From: Oscillospiraceae bacterium
GTDB lineage: Bacteria > Bacillota > Clostridia > Oscillospirales > CAG-272
Reading direction: 5' to 3'
Assembly (NCBI GenBank): GCA_015064525.1
Contig: SVSC01000001.1
Coordinates: 1-56,072, forward strand
DNA length: 56,072 nt
Position 1 is the first letter of the stretch. Each line of letters starts with the position of its first letter. This document shows positions 44,437 through 53,011 of the stretch, piece after piece. Position numbers and translations under genes: made by a program. The notes under the pieces are model-generated. The model ran no database searches. It was not told where the DNA came from and worked only from the letters and a program-made list of their open reading frames with translations.

Positions 44437-44494
44437 GTATGCGGGGAAAAGCCGAATACAACCAACAGTGGTGGAAATAACAATGTAAAATCCC

Positions 44495-44523
44495 TTTACA
44501 TTGCCGAGAACTTGTGATAAAAT
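44495..44523 (+). promoter_or_regulatory. Sigma-A type promoter of the ADP-ribosylglycohydrolase pair
   Basis: TTTACA (44495..44500), 17-nt spacer, TGaTAAAAT (TAAAAT at 44518..44523). Confidence 0.6.
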
Positions 44524-44555
44524 AAAATCGTAAATTCTAATTTGGAGGTTCCGAT

Positions 44556-46133
44556 ATGAATTTCAGTAAGGCTATTTGCCAGATGAGAAAACAAACGAAA
44601 TTAACACAAGAGCAATTTGCGGAATTGTTTGACGTTTCACAGCAAGCGGTTCAAAAATGGGAAAGCGGAGCATCGGTGCCGGACGTTGAGAAAATCATTC
44701 GGATCGCGAAATATTTTGATATATCGTTGGATTCTTTGCTGATGGACAACGATAATCGCGTGGTTGAGGAAATGAATCAAGCGCAAATTCTGAAGCCGCA
44801 GTACCAAAACCTCCACGATTGGGAGTTTTATTCGGCAAATTTAATGACCGAATTTCAGCAATCCATCGACGAGGGCCTGAATATTGATGCGTATAAAGAT
44901 ATTTTTGAGTCGGTTTCAAGGCTTCCCAAAGGAGAATACAAGAAAAAGCTGGGCGACGTTTTGTTTGAAATCGTGATCTCTGCCGAGCAAAAGGAGGGAT
45001 ACCCCTACGTTGAGCCGTCGGATCTGAACCGAATTCAAATGCTGAGGCGGGGCGCGGAGGCTCCTTTGCCCTTCGATGCGAGCCAGATCAGGGATAAGAT
45101 ATACGGCGCTTGGCTGGGAAGGATCTGCGGATGCCTGCTGGGCAAGTCGGTTGAGGGGATTCGAACGGACGATATCGTTCCCTTTTTGAAGGATACCGAC
45201 AACTACCCCTTGCATCGGTATATTCTGCACAGCGATCTGGCAAAAACGGATCTGACCAAGTACAGATTCAATTTTGTGGGCAGAACCTACGCGGATGATT
45301 TTGACGAGATGCCTCCGGATGACGACACCAATTACACCGTTCTCGCGCAGGAGATCGTTAAAAAGTACGGAAGAAATTTCACCCCCTACGACGTTTCAAG
45401 GGCTTGGCTCGCGTCTCAATGCAAGGATTCCTACTGCACCGCCGAGAGAGTGGCTTTTTGCAATTTTGTGAAGGGTTATACGCCTCCTCAATCCGCCATC
45501 TACAAAAATCCTTATCGCGAGTGGATCGGCGCGCAGATCAGGGGCGACTACTTTGGATATATCAACCCGGGCGATCCCAAGCTCGCGGCGGAAATGGCTT
45601 GGCGCGATGCCTCCATTTCCCACGTGAAGAATGGAATTTACGGTGAAATGTTCGTGGCGGCGATGCTTGCCATGGCGGCTGTAACCAACAATCCTGAGGA
45701 AATTATTCTCGGTGGACTGGCGGAAATCCCACACACGTCGAGGCTTTATGAGCATTGTATGCTGGTGGTCAAGCACTATCAAAGCGGGGAGTCTCAGAAG
45801 GCTTGCTTTGAAATGATTCATAATCTGTATGACGAATATACCGGTCACGGCTGGTGTCATACCATTTCCAACGCCATGGTTGTGGTGGCTTCGCTTTTGT
45901 ACGGCGAGGGCGATTATACGAAATCAATCTGTATGGCGGTTGAAACGGGATTTGATACGGATTGCAACGGCGCAACGGTTGGGTCTGTTCTCGGAATGGC
46001 GTTTGGCAAGGACTCTATTCCAAGCTGCTGGACGGATTCGATTCACGATACGCTCCGAACCACGATTTTTGGCGTTGGAACCGTTCGGATTGCCGATCGC
46101 GTTGAGCAAACCATGAAGCATCTTCTTCCGTGA
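44556..46133 (+). CDS. XRE-family HTH domain fused to an ADP-ribosylglycohydrolase-fold domain
   Basis: 525 aa. N-terminal HTH (LTQEQFAELFDVSQQAVQKWESG). ARH-like motifs include DDDTNYT and the C-terminal GFDTDCNGATVGSVLG. Confidence 0.85.
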   Translation: MNFSKAICQMRKQTKLTQEQFAELFDVSQQAVQKWESGASVPDVEKIIRIAKYFDISLDSLLMDNDNRVVEEMNQAQILKPQYQNLHDWEFYSANLMTEFQQSIDEGLNIDAYKDIFESVSRLPKGEYKKKLGDVLFEIVISAEQKEGYPYVEPSDLNRIQMLRRGAEAPLPFDASQIRDKIYGAWLGRICGCLLGKSVEGIRTDDIVPFLKDTDNYPLHRYILHSDLAKTDLTKYRFNFVGRTYADDFDEMPPDDDTNYTVLAQEIVKKYGRNFTPYDVSRAWLASQCKDSYCTAERVAFCNFVKGYTPPQSAIYKNPYREWIGAQIRGDYFGYINPGDPKLAAEMAWRDASISHVKNGIYGEMFVAAMLAMAAVTNNPEEIILGGLAEIPHTSRLYEHCMLVVKHYQSGESQKACFEMIHNLYDEYTGHGWCHTISNAMVVVASLLYGEGDYTKSICMAVETGFDTDCNGATVGSVLGMAFGKDSIPSCWTDSIHDTLRTTIFGVGTVRIADRVEQTMKHLLP

Positions 46134-46166
46134 GCCGTCTTGTTATCTTAGAAAAGGAGCTTTACC

Positions 46167-48179
46167 ATGAGTAGAAAAAACGTCAGAGCTATCTGTTTCG
46201 CGGTAGCCGCAACGCTCCTCGCCTTGGCGTTGACCGCTTGCGGATCGTCGGGGAAGGGAGGCGACGAAACCTCCTCCACCGTTGCGGCTCTCCCCTCGGG
46301 AACCGCTGCTGAAACACCCAATCAGCCTCCCGCGCAGCTTACCAAGCAGGTGCGCATCAGCGAGGATGAATTATACGATAAGCTGGTGGGCGGATGGATC
46401 GGACAGATGCTGGGGGTTGGATGGGCTGCCTCCACCGAGTTCAAATGGTGCGGATCCATCATTCCCGAGGATTCCTTCCCGAAATGGGAGCCTTCCATGA
46501 TCAACGATGCCTTTCGGCAGGATGACCTTTACGTTGAGGTGCCGTTTCTGGATGCCATGAAAAACCATGGCGCGCTGTGCGACTCCAAGCACATGGCGGA
46601 TGCCTTCCGTGATTCGAAATTTCCGTTGTGGCATGCCAACGTGCAGGCAAGAGAAAATTTGCTGGAGGGCATTGAGTACCCTAATTCGGGCAGTTATCTT
46701 TATAACTATCATTGCGACGATCTTGATTGGCAGATCGAATGCGATTTTTTGGGACAGATGTACCCCGGGCTTGTTAACGCCTCGGCAATGCGTTCCTTTG
46801 ACGTTGGCCACATCACCAATTACGGTGACGGCGTTTACGGCGGCGTGTTTATCACGGCAATGCACGCGGCTGCCTACACAGCCGAATCAATTCAGGAGAT
46901 CATCAACGCGGGCATCGCCGTGATCCCCGAAAACACAGAATTCCGCATGCTGATCGATCAGGTGATGGAAAACTACCGCAACGGCTGTACCTGGAAGCAA
47001 AACTGGAACAAAATCGAGGCGCGATGGGGGCGTGACGACAGATGCTGCGATCTGGTGTCCTCCAAGGCAAACATTGATGCCAAGCTCAATTCCGCTTACG
47101 TGCTGATCGGTCTGCTGTACGGAGAGGGCGATCTGGAGCAAACGGTAATCATTTCCGGCAGATGCGGTCAAGATAGCGACTGCAATCCCTCCAGTGCGGC
47201 GTCTATTTTGGGTAATTTCTACGGCGCGTCGAAGATTCCCGAAGACTATACCGACGATTTGAGAACAGAGGGGATCACCTTCCATTCCACCACCTACACT
47301 TTTTCGGATGTGGTTGATGTCAGCTTTCAGCTGATGAAGGAGATCCTTGCGGCAAACGGCGCCGTTTGCGAGGACGGTGTTTGGACGATTCCCGTTGATC
47401 TGGTGTATGCTCCCGTTCCCTTTGAGCAATGGCCCGAGGATTACATTGGCGCAACTATGAGTATTGCCACCGATGCCACCCGCGCGATCAGATTGAAGGT
47501 TTCGCACTTTGGCACCCAAAGCATTGCAAGCGTGGAGCTTGACATGGGCGACGGTACGGTTCTCACCGCTCTGCCCACCGAGGCGTATGAATACAAGCAG
47601 GCGGGCGAATACACAATTACCTGCAAGCTCACGGGTAGCGGTGGCAGCACGGTCACAATTGTCAAAAAGGCGGTTATCGAGGATCGGATCATCGTTCCCG
47701 GACGGGCGATTTGCTCGATCACAAATCCCCAGGGGGGCGGCAATAAGGATATGCAGGTGATGTACGATCACATTGTTCCCGCGGTTGGAACCCTGAACGC
47801 AAGCCTGCAATACGATACCTACCGCAGCTCGGAGCGCCCCGAATCTGTGTACGCGGGCGTGGAGTTTGACGTGCCTGCCAAGCTGACAGGCGTTGCCTTT
47901 ACCGAGGGAATGCACTTCAATGACGGAGGATGGTTTGAAAACGCCCCCACCGTTGAGGTGCTGGTTGACGGCGTTTGGAAGGCGGTGGAGGCATCGGTCA
48001 GTCCGATCTATCCCTTAGGCACCTACGGGCGTGGGTCGAATTTCGACACCTATACCTTCACGTTCGCTGAGGAGGTTGTGTGCGAGGGCGTGCGTTTGAT
48101 CGGTAAGCCCGGCGGGTCGGCATGCTTTATCAGTATTGGTGAGATCACGCCCTTTGCGGTCGAGATCTACCCTTCGTAA
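46167..48179 (+). CDS. Secreted lipoprotein: ADP-ribosylglycohydrolase-fold domain + PKD-like domain + C-terminal beta-sandwich (discoidin/CBM-like)
   Basis: 670 aa. Lipobox LALTAC. ARH-like GQDSDCNPSSAASILG. PKD-like DMGDGTVL..YEYKQAGEYTITCKLTGSGG. The fold of the C-terminal ~170 aa is not identified with confidence. Confidence 0.8.
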   Translation: MSRKNVRAICFAVAATLLALALTACGSSGKGGDETSSTVAALPSGTAAETPNQPPAQLTKQVRISEDELYDKLVGGWIGQMLGVGWAASTEFKWCGSIIPEDSFPKWEPSMINDAFRQDDLYVEVPFLDAMKNHGALCDSKHMADAFRDSKFPLWHANVQARENLLEGIEYPNSGSYLYNYHCDDLDWQIECDFLGQMYPGLVNASAMRSFDVGHITNYGDGVYGGVFITAMHAAAYTAESIQEIINAGIAVIPENTEFRMLIDQVMENYRNGCTWKQNWNKIEARWGRDDRCCDLVSSKANIDAKLNSAYVLIGLLYGEGDLEQTVIISGRCGQDSDCNPSSAASILGNFYGASKIPEDYTDDLRTEGITFHSTTYTFSDVVDVSFQLMKEILAANGAVCEDGVWTIPVDLVYAPVPFEQWPEDYIGATMSIATDATRAIRLKVSHFGTQSIASVELDMGDGTVLTALPTEAYEYKQAGEYTITCKLTGSGGSTVTIVKKAVIEDRIIVPGRAICSITNPQGGGNKDMQVMYDHIVPAVGTLNASLQYDTYRSSERPESVYAGVEFDVPAKLTGVAFTEGMHFNDGGWFENAPTVEVLVDGVWKAVEASVSPIYPLGTYGRGSNFDTYTFTFAEEVVCEGVRLIGKPGGSACFISIGEITPFAVEIYPS

Positions 48180-48255
48180 GCTTTGGCGGGTTGAAGATGG
48201 CAGCTGATACAGCCGCGTAGCCAAACGATTTTCGAACCTTTGTTTACAACGTGGA

Positions 48256-48288
48256 CGCCGCCGAGGCATTGTCTCGGCGGCGCTTTTG
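48256..48288 (+). terminator. Rho-independent terminator
   Basis: cgccgccgag / ctcggcggcg 10-bp stem, loop gcattgt, followed by cttttgg. Confidence 0.75.
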
Positions 48289-48296
48289 GTTGATCG

Positions 48297-48518
48297 TTAA
48301 TGGGATTGACCAACGCGGTCATATTCCTCGCGGGGACGGAACACCAAAGAGATGCACCAGATGCCCGCCAGGGCGATCACCGTGTAGATGATGCGGCTGA
48401 GGAGGGATGCGGGGCCACCGCAGATCCACGCCACAATATCAAATTGAAACAGTCCGATGCTACCCCAGTTCAGGGCGCCCGCAATGGTCAGAATCAAAGC
48501 GATACGATCCATAATCAT
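48297..48518 (-). CDS. DUF378 family small membrane protein
   Basis: 73 aa. ALNWGSIGLFQFDIVAW motif and two TM helices. RBS aaggaga lies 8 nt upstream. Confidence 0.8.
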   Translation of the reverse strand: MIMDRIALILTIAGALNWGSIGLFQFDIVAWICGGPASLLSRIIYTVIALAGIWCISLVFRPREEYDRVGQSH

Positions 48519-48633
48519 CTTTCAAATCTCCTTTTCAGCATAAAAATGCCGTTGTCAGTATGTGTTGTGATCGGTTGATCTATGCAAGCGACGCGCTGGT
48601 AGAATCTACAAGTCGTTTTTTGTCAAAAAACAA

Positions 48634-48662
48634 TTTACAAGGATTCTCTTTTGTGCTATAAT
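48634..48662 (+). promoter_or_regulatory. Sigma-A type promoter of the CHAP-SDR unit
   Basis: TTTACA (48634..48639), 17-nt spacer, TGcTATAAT (TATAAT at 48657..48662). It lies inside the track's extended ORF start. Confidence 0.65.
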
Positions 48663-48713
48663 AATGTTGCTCGAGCAAATCAAGACAAATCATCAAGTAT
48701 GAGGAAAATACAT

Positions 48714-50333
48714 ATGACAAAGCATTCAAAACGCGGAGCCGCAGCGCTTTTTCTGACGGCGCTTCTGCTTTTTGCGCTGACGCTGCAGCCCACGGCCGCT
48801 CCCTATCGAACGGGCGCAAACCGTGTGTCGGAGTCCTACAAGGCAGGTCCCTACTATGAAAATCTCCAAAAGGTTCCCCTCACGGGGGACGGCAGAACCG
48901 ACGTGCTTGCCGTGGCGCTATCGCAGGTGGGCTATCAGGAGGGGAGCTCGGTGGAGCAATTGGGAGGAACGGTGGGAACCTCCGGAAATTTCACCGAATA
49001 TAACTACAGCATGGGAGATTTTTCCCAGGGCTACGGCGGGAAAAATTATCCGTGGTGCGCCTCCTTTGTCTCCTTCTGTCTCCTGCAGGCGCGATGCACC
49101 GATCAGAACAGCATTTCCGATTGGTGCCGCAAGCACGTGGGCGACAAGCGGTACGTCTGGCGAGAGGTCAGCTGTAATCAATGGGCAAGTCAATTGCGGA
49201 AATGCGGATATTTTCAGGATTCCTCCGCTTTTGGCGGGGGATATGCGCCGCAGTCGGCAGATCTGATCTTTTTCACCAAGGACGGAGCGTCCGAATCCCA
49301 TATCGGGTTGGTACTTTACGTCAAGAACGGAACGGTTTATACCGTGGAGGGCAATACCTCCTCGGCGCAGGGGCTGGAGTCCAATGGGGGAGGGGTGTAC
49401 GTTAAGTCCTATGATCTCTCGGATCGCTGTATCCGCGGCTACGGTGTTCTGCCATACAAGGCGGAGGACAACGTTCCCGCCATCGACTATTCGGGAGCGG
49501 TTCCCACAACGGGCATCTACGTTGCCACCACCAATAAATACGTTTACACCACGGCAACCGCCACCTCCCACAAGTGGCTCCTGCCCAAATATTCGCTGGT
49601 GGCTGTTTCGGAGGTTGCGCCCAACGGTCGGTTGCGGGTGGTTTGCAGGATCGGAAACAGCTGGGTGGAGGGCTATGTGAAAAACAACACCGACCGTGTG
49701 GTTCAGCTTTCCTCCTTTGGCGTAAAAAAGGCGGTAACGCCGCTGGAATTTTCCAACGTGTACAAAAGCAAGGACCTGAATTCCTACAGGCTGAACGGTG
49801 CCGCGCTGCCGCAGTATCACACGGTATTCACGGGAGGAGAAGGGGATTTGCTGGTTGCCTCGGGAACGCTGAGGCTGACGAAGCCCGCAACGGCGGTGGG
49901 ATATTCCTTCGACGGCGAGGAGACGGTGTGGCAGAGTGTGGGCTCCGCAGAGGTCACCCTTGATCTGCGGGTGGCGCTTCCGCGCTATGACCGCTTGCTG
50001 CATACCTTCACCGTGGTAGTGAAGCTGGAGGATGGTCGCGTTTACGCGGTGGATACCCTCACCTTCACCCTTCAGCCGTCCCCCGAAACCGAGGCGCCCA
50101 CCCGCGAGCCAACGAAGGAGCCTACTCGCGAGCCAATTTCGGAGCCAACGAAGGAGCCAACAAAGGAGCCGAAGCCCGATTGGACGGATGCCCCCGCTGA
50201 CAGCGAAGCGGAGACGTGGGAGAACAGCGACGTCGCGCTTGGCGGATGCGGAGCCGTTGCACCCTCGGCGGCGCTGATGGTAACGGTTTTTCTTGGCGCG
50301 GCTCTGCTGAACAGAAAGGAAACAAGGCTATGA
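48714..50333 (+). CDS. Secreted CHAP-domain amidase/peptidase with central beta-rich region, EPTK-rich stalk and C-terminal hydrophobic anchor
   Basis: ATG at 48714, 8 nt after gagga. Signal peptide ...LTLQPTAA. CHAP catalytic Cys (YPWCASFVSF) and His (SHIGLV..VEGNTS). C-terminus: (E/K)PT repeats, GGCGAV, a TM helix, then NRKETRL. Confidence 0.85.
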   Translation: MTKHSKRGAAALFLTALLLFALTLQPTAAPYRTGANRVSESYKAGPYYENLQKVPLTGDGRTDVLAVALSQVGYQEGSSVEQLGGTVGTSGNFTEYNYSMGDFSQGYGGKNYPWCASFVSFCLLQARCTDQNSISDWCRKHVGDKRYVWREVSCNQWASQLRKCGYFQDSSAFGGGYAPQSADLIFFTKDGASESHIGLVLYVKNGTVYTVEGNTSSAQGLESNGGGVYVKSYDLSDRCIRGYGVLPYKAEDNVPAIDYSGAVPTTGIYVATTNKYVYTTATATSHKWLLPKYSLVAVSEVAPNGRLRVVCRIGNSWVEGYVKNNTDRVVQLSSFGVKKAVTPLEFSNVYKSKDLNSYRLNGAALPQYHTVFTGGEGDLLVASGTLRLTKPATAVGYSFDGEETVWQSVGSAEVTLDLRVALPRYDRLLHTFTVVVKLEDGRVYAVDTLTFTLQPSPETEAPTREPTKEPTREPISEPTKEPTKEPKPDWTDAPADSEAETWENSDVALGGCGAVAPSAALMVTVFLGAALLNRKETRL

Positions 50334-51214
50334 GAATCGAGCAATGGATACGGAAAAACACCGCGTCCCTGCGGGGGAAAACCGTTGCGCTAACGGGAAG
50401 CACGGGAGGCTTGGGGCAGGCGCTGTGCCGCCATCTGGCAGGGCTGGAGGCAAACCTGATTCTGCTGGATCGCAACCCACAAAAGGCGGCGATCGCCGAT
50501 GAGGGGCTGCTCTCGGAGTATCCCGCGCTGTCGATCCGTCGAATTCCATTGGATTTGGAGGATATGGGCTCCGTTCGCGCCGCGGCGGAGGCGTTGAAGT
50601 CCTTGCCTGTGGATGCTCTGATCCTGAACGCGGGAGCGTACAAAATTCCGCGCAGATCCTGCGCTTTGGGGCTGGACAACGTGTTTCAGATCAATTTTGC
50701 GGCGCCCTACTATCTTGTGCGGGAGCTGATGCCTCTGCTGCGGGAGCGGCGGGGCAAGGTGATTGCCGTGGGGAGCATTGCCCATCGGTATTCTGCAACC
50801 GATCCGAGGGACGTGGATTTTTCGGGCAGAGCAAGGGCTTCGCTGGTTTACGGAAATGCCAAGCGCTATCTCATGTGGTCGTTGTTCGACTTGTTCCGCG
50901 GGGAGCGAGAGGCGAGGCTTGCCGTGGTGCATCCGGGCATCACCTTCACCAATATCACGTCCCATTATCCCAAGCCGATCTTTGCTTTGATCAAGTACCC
51001 CATGAAGGTGATCTTCATGTCCACCAAAAAGGCGTCGCTGTCGATCCTTGCGGGGGTCTTTCAGGATTGCGGGGATCAGCATTGGATCGGACCCTGCGTA
51101 TTCGACGTTTGGGGCTACCCCAAGCGGCGCCCCCTGCGATCGGTTACGGGGGAGGAGGGGGACGCCATTGCCGCCCGCGCCCGTGAGATCTACCGCCGAC
51201 TGCGGGAGGACTGA
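50330..51214 (+). CDS. Short-chain dehydrogenase/reductase (SDR) family protein
   Basis: 294 aa from the ATG at 50330 (ATGA overlap with the CHAP gene stop). TGSTGGLG cofactor motif. YGNAK resembles the catalytic YxxxK. Confidence 0.8.
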   Translation: MRIEQWIRKNTASLRGKTVALTGSTGGLGQALCRHLAGLEANLILLDRNPQKAAIADEGLLSEYPALSIRRIPLDLEDMGSVRAAAEALKSLPVDALILNAGAYKIPRRSCALGLDNVFQINFAAPYYLVRELMPLLRERRGKVIAVGSIAHRYSATDPRDVDFSGRARASLVYGNAKRYLMWSLFDLFRGEREARLAVVHPGITFTNITSHYPKPIFALIKYPMKVIFMSTKKASLSILAGVFQDCGDQHWIGPCVFDVWGYPKRRPLRSVTGEEGDAIAARAREIYRRLRED

Positions 51215-51255
51215 TCGGGACTTATTTGACAGAGGCGGAAAAATTTTCAAAGCTA

Positions 51256-51284
51256 TTGAAAAAACATCCGAGGTGTGATATAAT
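51256..51284 (+). promoter_or_regulatory. Sigma-A type promoter
   Basis: TTGAAA (51256..51261), 17-nt spacer, TGaTATAAT (TATAAT at 51279..51284). Confidence 0.6.
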
Positions 51285-51353
51285 GCTCTCAAGAGGGTTG
51301 GCAAAACAAGAGAAATTACCACGGAAAAGCTCTCTTAAAATCAAGCAAGGAGA

Positions 51354-51785
51354 ATGAAATCTATGATGACGATCAAAAAGTATTGCGAGGAAAACAATCT
51401 GGATCCCGATCGGGTGTTCGACATGGTTTTGGGAGAGAGCGGCAATCTTTTGCCCAAGGCAAGAGGCTTCACGGGATACATCGTGGAAATTCGGGACGAT
51501 TGCCTGGATTTCAACAACGATAAATTCGGCGTTGCGCACAAGCAGATTCCTTTTTCTTCTTTTCAGCAAGCGGAGTTCGGTATGGGAAGCGGACAGCTTT
51601 GGCTGCAATGCATGGTTGACGGCGAGCCCTTGATTTTTTGCACCACAAGACGTGGCTGGATGTCTCCCGCCGCCAAGCTGATCATGGAGAAGATTGGGGA
51701 AAAGACCGAGATTTTGGGCATGGACGATTACAAAAAAATGACCGGAAGGCTTTTCTGGTTCTACATGATCAAAAACGCCTTTTAA
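51354..51785 (+). CDS. Hypothetical protein
   Basis: 143-aa ORF with no recognisable motif. RBS aaggaga spacing favours the ATG at 51363 or 51366 over 51354. Confidence 0.6.
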   Translation: MKSMMTIKKYCEENNLDPDRVFDMVLGESGNLLPKARGFTGYIVEIRDDCLDFNNDKFGVAHKQIPFSSFQQAEFGMGSGQLWLQCMVDGEPLIFCTTRRGWMSPAAKLIMEKIGEKTEILGMDDYKKMTGRLFWFYMIKNAF

Positions 51786-51818
51786 GCCGACGTCAATCAC
51801 ACGAAAAGGAGCCTTGAT

Positions 51819-52109
51819 ATGTACACGATTTACGTTCAATTTCGATGCTTTCCCGAAAAGAGAGAAGCCTTTGTGGAGGCAGTGAAGCGGGAGGGGATTC
51901 TTTCGGCGGTTCGGGCAGAGGACGGATGCCTGCGCTATGATTACTATTTTTCCGAAGCCGACAAAAACGAGCTTTTGCTCGTTGAGGCTTGGGAAACCAA
52001 GCGGCACCAGCAGGTTCACGTGGAGCAGCCCCACATGGCGCGTCTGAGGGAGATTAAGGACGACTACATTCAGTCAACGGTTCTTGGTGAGTTTGAGCTG
52101 AAAAAATGA
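51819..52109 (+). CDS. ABM (antibiotic biosynthesis monooxygenase-like) domain protein
   Basis: 96 aa. Ferredoxin-like ABM pattern (EGCLRYDYY...LLLVEAWETKRHQQVH). Confidence 0.75.
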   Translation: MYTIYVQFRCFPEKREAFVEAVKREGILSAVRAEDGCLRYDYYFSEADKNELLLVEAWETKRHQQVHVEQPHMARLREIKDDYIQSTVLGEFELKK

Positions 52110-52135
52110 TTGTAGAATGCAGTTTGAGGGGGACT

Positions 52136-52381
52136 TTAATCCCCCTCAAATAATTTTTCCATGGGAACGCCGAGAATTTTTGAAATGGCGTATATTTCCC
52201 GATCGGTGGCTGAGCGGATTTGCCCCTCTAATTTTGAGTAGCTTGTGGGGTTGATGTCACATCCGAACACCTGCATTTTGGCAATAAAATCTTTCTGCTT
52301 GATCTTTTTCTCTTTTCTGAGTCGCTCCACGGTTTTTCCAACCATATTGGCTGTTCCATAATCCTGCTTTCGAATTTTCAT
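52136..52381 (-). CDS. XRE-family HTH transcriptional regulator
   Basis: About 81 aa from the internal ATG at 52381. HTH (IKQKDFIAKMQVFGCDINPTSYSKLE). Divergent from the zinc-ribbon/TM2 gene. Confidence 0.75.
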   Translation of the reverse strand: MKIRKQDYGTANMVGKTVERLRKEKKIKQKDFIAKMQVFGCDINPTSYSKLEGQIRSATDREIYAISKILGVPMEKLFEGD

Positions 52382-52428
52382 TTTTTGTCCTTCTTCGGTT
52401 TTTTTTAGAATTATATACCAAAAAAGTA

Positions 52429-52457
52429 TTGACAAAATTCCAAAATAGAATTATAAT
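52429..52457 (+). promoter_or_regulatory. Sigma-A type promoter of the zinc-ribbon/TM2 gene
   Basis: TTGACA (52429..52434), 17-nt spacer, TATAAT (52452..52457). Confidence 0.65.
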
Positions 52458-52478
52458 ATAGATAATTCCATTTTGGAA
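52438..52478. promoter_or_regulatory. 17-bp inverted repeat (candidate operator) overlapping the -10 box
   Basis: ttccaaaatagaattat (52438..52454) and ataattccattttggaa (52462..52478) are reverse complements with 16 of 17 matches and a 7-nt spacer. They lie between the divergent HTH and TM2 genes. Confidence 0.5.
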
Positions 52479-52501
52479 ATATAATTCATGGAGGAAAAGT
52501 T

Positions 52502-52888
52502 ATGTTTTGCAGAAATTGCGGAGAAGAAATGAATGAAAATCAAGCGATATGCTTAAAATGCGGTGTTGCGATTGGCAATGGAAAGTCATATTGCTCGAAT
52601 TGCGGATGTTCCGTAAAAGACAATGCCGCGGTGTGTCTGAACTGTGGTTGTAAAATCGAAGATGAAAAGACGGCGCAGGCAGGAAAGCTGAATGGACAGG
52701 ACAAGTGGACAATGGCGATTGTTTGCTTTTTCTTGGGCGGCATCGGTATTCACAATTTTATGATGGGAGAAAAGAAGCGCGGCATTACGAAGATTGTGCT
52801 GTGTTTCCTTTGCGGAATCAGCGGTATTTTGGCGTTGATCGATTTCATTCAGATTTTAACCGATAATTATCAAGTAAAATTGGGATAA
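52502..52888 (+). CDS. Double zinc-ribbon + TM2 domain membrane protein
   Basis: 128 aa. CRNCG..CLKCG and CSNCG..CLNCG ribbons, then the TM2-like FFLGGIGIHNFMMG...GILALIDFI. Confidence 0.8.
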   Translation: MFCRNCGEEMNENQAICLKCGVAIGNGKSYCSNCGCSVKDNAAVCLNCGCKIEDEKTAQAGKLNGQDKWTMAIVCFFLGGIGIHNFMMGEKKRGITKIVLCFLCGISGILALIDFIQILTDNYQVKLG

Positions 52889-52893
52889 AAAAA

Positions 52894-52926
52894 TGCGTTG
52901 CGTCTTTTCGGCGCAACGCATTTTCG
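52894..52926 (+). terminator. Rho-independent terminator
   Basis: tgcgttgcg / cgcaacgca 9-bp stem followed by ttttcg. Confidence 0.7.
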
Positions 52927-52948
52927 CGGTCGGAACAAAAGCGACCTA

Positions 52949-52977
52949 TTGTAATTTTGTCTCATTTGTGCTATAAT
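52949..52977 (+). promoter_or_regulatory. Sigma-A type promoter
   Basis: TTGTAA (52949..52954), 17-nt spacer, TGcTATAAT (TATAAT at 52972..52977). Confidence 0.6.
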
Positions 52978-53011
52978 AGGGTCAATGAAGCATGAAAACG
53001 GAGGAATTGCA

